The notes under the pieces are model-generated. The model worked only from the letters and a program-made list of their open reading frames with translations, ran no database searches and was not told where the DNA came from. 64,000 bases of DNA. It comes from an uncultured Verrucomicrobiae bacterium. GTDB taxonomy: Bacteria > Verrucomicrobiota > Verrucomicrobiia > Limisphaerales > Palsa-1400. Position numbers and translations under genes: made by a program. The DNA lies in the NCBI GenBank assembly GCA_963764165.1, contig CAVXRD010000001.1, positions 1,649,649-1,713,648 of the forward strand, written 5' to 3'. Below, piece after piece: positions 60,245 through 64,000 of the stretch; position 1 is the stretch's first letter, and each line of letters begins with the position of its first letter.

Positions 60245-60670
60245 TTAACGAACTCTGTGGGACAAGAATTGTTCCACGCGGCCTTCGAGCGCCCAGACGT
60301 TCAGTTCGGGCGTGCGGACGCTGCCTTCCTGCACAGCGAGAACGCGATGGGGCCGGCCAATTACTACCGCAACCGCTGCCGCGATGACAGCCAGGATTTC
60401 CGGAGCAACCGCTTCAGCCTTGCTTGATGCTTTCTTGACAGTCTCCGCCGCCGGGACTGTCATCGCGACGAGAGCGGGGGCGGGCGGCAGCGCTGGCGGA
60501 GGATTCACGACAATCTGAGGCGGCGGCGCCACCACTTGCGGCGGATTGACCGTGACGTTGACAACGGGCGGTGGAGTGACGGCTTGCTTTCTTTCCGTAG
60601 CCCAAATGTGGTAAATCAGAACCACCACCGCCGATATGATCAATTGGACAAGTATTGTTGTAATGCTCAT
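60245..60670 (-). CDS. OadG/MmdD-like membrane-anchored linker subunit
   Basis: ATG 60670; N-terminal TM, Pro-rich linker, LAVIAAAV, WALEGR. Confidence 0.7.
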   Translation of the reverse strand: MSITTILVQLIISAVVVLIYHIWATERKQAVTPPPVVNVTVNPPQVVAPPPQIVVNPPPALPPAPALVAMTVPAAETVKKASSKAEAVAPEILAVIAAAVAVVIGRPHRVLAVQEGSVRTPELNVWALEGRVEQFLSHRVR

Positions 60671-60675
60671 GGTGT

Positions 60676-62226
60676 TTAGAGCGGAATGGTGCCGTGCTTT
60701 TTGGGCGGGCGCGTTTCGCGTTTGGTGAGTGTGCTGCGAAGAGCCATCGAAACTCGGGCGCGTGTTTCTGAAGGCGCGATGACATCGGTAATCATGGCTT
60801 TCTTGGCGGCTTCGTAGGGCGAGCAGAATTTCTCGCGATACTCTCTGACCAATTCCGCTTCCCTGGCTTTCGGATCCTTGGCGGCGGCGATTTCGCGCTT
60901 GAAGAGGATTTTCACCGCGCCTTCCGCTCCCATCACGGCGATTTCCGCCGTTGGCCATGCGAAGACGTAATCCGCGCCCATGTCGCCGCTGCACATGGCG
61001 AGATACGCGCCGCCGTAGGCTTTGCGCAAAATGACGGTGATCTTTGGAACGGTGGCGGAGGCGTAGGCGAAGAGCATTTTTGCGCCGTGGCGGATGATGC
61101 CGCCGCGCTCCTGCTGAACACCCGGCATGAAGCCGGGAATGTCCACCAGCGTCACCAGCGGGATGTTGAAGACGTTGCAGAAACGAATGAACCGGGCGCC
61201 TTTGTCGGACGAATCGATGTCCAGCGTTCCGGCTTTCACTTCCGGATTGTTGGCGATGATGCCGACCACGATTCCCTGGATGCGCGCGAATCCAACCACG
61301 ATGTTCCTGGCGAATTCCGCGTGGACTTCGAGCATTTCTCCGTTGTCAACCAAACGCGCGATGACTTTGTGAACATTGAGCGGCTCCTTGCTCGTCGCCG
61401 GCAGGAGGGCGTCCATCTCGGGATCGGCGCCCAAGTCAATGTCCTTGGCCGGTTGATGCGGCGGGTCTTGCAGATTGTTCGAAGGGAGATAGCTCAGCAG
61501 ACGCCGCGCGATTTGGATCGCCTCGGTGTCATTGGCGGCGATGAAGTGGACGTTGCCGCTGACGCTGGCGTTGGCGGTGGCGCTGCCGATTTCTTCCATC
61601 GTGCATTTCTGGCCGGTGACGGCCTGAATCACTTCCGGGCCGCAAATGAACATATTGGCCACGCCCTTGATCATGATGATGAAATCCATCAACGCGGGCG
61701 AATATGCCGCGCCGCCCGCGCAAGGCCCGGCGATGATCGCGATTTGCGGCACCACGCCGGAAATCAGCACGTTCCGAAAAAATACTTGACCATAAGCGGC
61801 GAGCGAATCGAAGCCTTCCTGGATGCGCGCCCCGCCCGAATCGTTGAAAGCGACCACGGGGCAGCCGGTTTTGAGCGCGTGATCCATCACGTCGCAGATT
61901 TTTTTGGAGTGAATGCGTCCGAGCGCCCCGCCGCCGACGGTGAAATCCTGGCTGAAGGCCGCCACCTGCCGTCCATCCACAATCCCAGTGCCGGTGACGA
62001 CGGCGTCAGCGGGGAGAGCCTTTTCCTCCAGGCCGAAGTTGTGGCAATCGTGCGTGGCGTGCAGGCCGGATTCCTGAAATGTCCCGGCCTGGAACAGCGT
62101 GTCAATGCGATCACGCGCGGTCATCACGCCCTTCTTCCGGCGGGCGTCCAATTTGTCCTGGCCGCCGCCGGCTTTGGCCGTGGCCCGCCTTTTCTCGAGG
62201 TCTTCCAACAATGCTTTCTGTATCAT
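60676..62226 (-). CDS. Acyl-CoA carboxyltransferase subunit (methylmalonyl-CoA decarboxylase alpha/PccB/12S-like)
   Basis: DSGGARIQEG, GPCAGGAAYSPAL, GIIRHGAK, RKAYGGAY, KKHGTIPL. Confidence 0.95.
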   Translation of the reverse strand: MIQKALLEDLEKRRATAKAGGGQDKLDARRKKGVMTARDRIDTLFQAGTFQESGLHATHDCHNFGLEEKALPADAVVTGTGIVDGRQVAAFSQDFTVGGGALGRIHSKKICDVMDHALKTGCPVVAFNDSGGARIQEGFDSLAAYGQVFFRNVLISGVVPQIAIIAGPCAGGAAYSPALMDFIIMIKGVANMFICGPEVIQAVTGQKCTMEEIGSATANASVSGNVHFIAANDTEAIQIARRLLSYLPSNNLQDPPHQPAKDIDLGADPEMDALLPATSKEPLNVHKVIARLVDNGEMLEVHAEFARNIVVGFARIQGIVVGIIANNPEVKAGTLDIDSSDKGARFIRFCNVFNIPLVTLVDIPGFMPGVQQERGGIIRHGAKMLFAYASATVPKITVILRKAYGGAYLAMCSGDMGADYVFAWPTAEIAVMGAEGAVKILFKREIAAAKDPKAREAELVREYREKFCSPYEAAKKAMITDVIAPSETRARVSMALRSTLTKRETRPPKKHGTIPL

Positions 62227-62244
62227 AAATTCTCCGCGCGTTCC

Positions 62245-62655
62245 TTAGGAAGGTTTGGGCATGCACAATTCGGTAAGCACGCCGAAGGTGGATTTGGGAT
62301 GAAGAAACGCGACCAATTTGCAGCCCGCGCCCTCCACCGGATTTTCGTTGATCAATCTCACTCCCGCGCCGGAAGCCTGCGCAAGCTGGCCTGCCACATC
62401 GCTGGAGCCAAACGCGACATGATGAATTCCGCCGGAAGGATTTTTTTCCAAAAACTTCGCGATGGGGCTGTCCGGGCTGGTGGGCTCGAGCAATTCCAAA
62501 TGAACTTCACCGACTCGAAAAAAGGCGGTGCGAACTTTTTGCGAGGCAACTTCCTCGCGATGCTCGCATTTCAAGCCAAGCGCCTTTTCGTAATACGGCA
62601 CGGCTTGATCCAGCGATGGGACAGCAATTCCGAGATGGTCAATTTTTGTTATCAT
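62245..62655 (-). CDS. mce: Methylmalonyl-CoA epimerase
   Basis: IDHLGIAV, LELLEP, GIHHVAF, FLHPKSTFGVLTEL. Confidence 0.94.
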   Translation of the reverse strand: MITKIDHLGIAVPSLDQAVPYYEKALGLKCEHREEVASQKVRTAFFRVGEVHLELLEPTSPDSPIAKFLEKNPSGGIHHVAFGSSDVAGQLAQASGAGVRLINENPVEGAGCKLVAFLHPKSTFGVLTELCMPKPS

Positions 62656-63667
62656 AAAACATGTTCTCCGGCGAGCCGTCAAAATCCGCCAGCAGCGCCC
62701 GCGCGGCGGCGACGACGGTCAAGTCCCCGCGCAGCAGCGCGCCGCGGATGTCGGGATAATGGGCTTGCACGCGCGGATTCGTCTCGAAGCGGCGCTGCAG
62801 TTCCTCGCGGACGAAATCGGCCAGCCACTCGACGGATTGCTGCTGGCGGCGTTTGGCGATGACGCCCTTGGCGGTCATTTCGCTGAAAAATTTATCGATG
62901 CGCTGCCAGATTTCGGGAATGCCTTCGCCCGATCGCGCAGAGCAGAGATTCGCCTCCGTTTTCCAGCCGGGCGTGGCGGGCTGCATGCAGCCGAGCGCGG
63001 CCTGCTCCTCGAGGCGGGATTGCTCGGCCCGCAAACGGTTTTCGCCGTCCGCCTTGTTGACAACAATGTCGTCGGCCATTTCGATGATGCCGCGCTTGAT
63101 GCCCTGCAATTCGTCGCCGCCACCCGGCAGCAGCAGCAACAAAAAGAAATCCACCATTGAGCGCAGCGCCGTTTCGCTTTGGCCGACGCCAACACTTTCG
63201 ATCAGCACGAGGTCGAATCCCGCCGCCTCGCACAAGAGCATCGTTTCGCGCGTGCGCAGGGCGACGCCGCCTACGGTGTCGCCCGCTGGCGACGGGCGAA
63301 TAAATGCCTTGGGATCGCGGCTCAAATTTTCCATGCGCGTCTTGTCGCCGAGGATGCTGCCTCCAGAACGCTTGCTGGTGGGATCAATCGTCAACACCGC
63401 CAGTGAATGCCCCTGCCCTGTCAAATAGCATCCGAAAGCCTCGATGAACGTGCTCTTTCCCACACCAGGCACGCCGGTAATGCCTAACCGGCGTGCCTTT
63501 CCAGTGTGCGGGAGCAGAGTCTGCAAAACCTCCTGGGCCATCGCTTCGTGGCGGGGCGACTGGCTTTCAATCAGCGTAATGGCGCGGGAGAGCACGCTGC
63601 GATCCCCGGCTAAGACACCGGTAACGTAGTCCTTCGGACTCCACGTTTTGGATGACGCTGATTGCAT
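62639..63667 (-). CDS. meaB: Methylmalonyl-CoA mutase-associated GTPase
   Basis: GVPGVGKST, GGSILGDKTRM, ESVGVGQSE, GDELQGIKRG, NKAD. Confidence 0.95.
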   Translation of the reverse strand: MQSASSKTWSPKDYVTGVLAGDRSVLSRAITLIESQSPRHEAMAQEVLQTLLPHTGKARRLGITGVPGVGKSTFIEAFGCYLTGQGHSLAVLTIDPTSKRSGGSILGDKTRMENLSRDPKAFIRPSPAGDTVGGVALRTRETMLLCEAAGFDLVLIESVGVGQSETALRSMVDFFLLLLLPGGGDELQGIKRGIIEMADDIVVNKADGENRLRAEQSRLEEQAALGCMQPATPGWKTEANLCSARSGEGIPEIWQRIDKFFSEMTAKGVIAKRRQQQSVEWLADFVREELQRRFETNPRVQAHYPDIRGALLRGDLTVVAAARALLADFDGSPENMFYDNKN

Positions 63668-63670
63668 GAA

Positions 63671-64000
63671 TCATGCGGCCAGGCGGGCGGCCAGTTGTGT
63701 CAATAATTCCTTCGCGGCGTCCGGGATGCACGTTCCCGGGCCGAACACCGCCGCCGCGCCGTTTTCCTTGAGGAAATCGTAATCCTGCGGAGGAATGACT
63801 CCGCCAACCACGACCATGATGTCGGGCCGTCCGACTTTTTTGAGTTCCTCGACCAATTGGACGAGCAGCGTTTTGTGTCCGCCAGCCAGCGAGCTGATGC
63901 CGACGATATGGACGTCGTTTTCAGCGGCCATGCGGGCGGCTTCGTCGGGTTGCTGGAAGAGCGGGCCGATGTCCACATCGAAGCCGAGGTCGGCGTAGGC
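63671..64000 (-). CDS. scpA: Methylmalonyl-CoA mutase, C-terminal B12-binding domain (5' part outside the window)
   Basis: [38 protein letters not shown]. Confidence 0.93.
   Translation of the reverse strand, partial: AYADLGFDVDIGPLFQQPDEAARMAAENDVHIVGISSLAGGHKTLLVQLVEELKKVGRPDIMVVVGGVIPPQDYDFLKENGAAAVFGPGTCIPDAAKELLTQLAARLAA

Noticed and set aside
60671..60994. Extended start of the 249-aa ORF
   Set aside because: It overlaps the carboxyltransferase gene; the hydrophobic N-terminus begins at ATG 60670.
56018..62862. 500-aa minus ORF at 56018 and 591-aa plus ORF at 61087
   Set aside because: They overlap well-supported genes on the opposite strand.

Overview
GC-rich bacterial window. The gene families (H-X9-DG prepilin-like proteins, GloVer-repeat and Ig/RFYR-tailed secreted proteins, GTAG-type palindromes) suggest a Verrucomicrobiota subdivision-3/PVC-type soil organism; this taxonomy is inference. 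From left to right: (1) 1-16.9 kb, a co-oriented minus-strand run of PRC-barrel gene, ackA, xfp, pgm, zwf and a ppgK-like kinase, leading directly into a caa3 oxidase (CoxII-cyt c, CoxI-CoxIII fusion, CtaG), a Rieske/cytochrome b-c complex and a secreted hydrolase-like gene. (2) pdxH and a large repeat protein. (3) 22.6-41 kb, a glycan-utilisation-like locus without SusC/D: GH71/99-like and GH87-like hydrolases, Ig proteins with a shared RFYR C-terminal domain (one frameshifted), a TPR protein, two prepilin-like proteins and a propeller sensor kinase/LuxR pair. (4) ilvN-ilvC with a leader-peptide attenuator absent from the ORF track. (5) A GloVer surface protein. (6) An MlaE/degenerate MlaF/MlaD cluster coupled to a PAS hybrid kinase and a REC-cyclase with substituted catalytic residues. 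(7) A methylmalonyl-CoA/propionate cluster. No rRNA, tRNA, CRISPR array or transposase was seen. All calls come from motif reading only; no searches were run.
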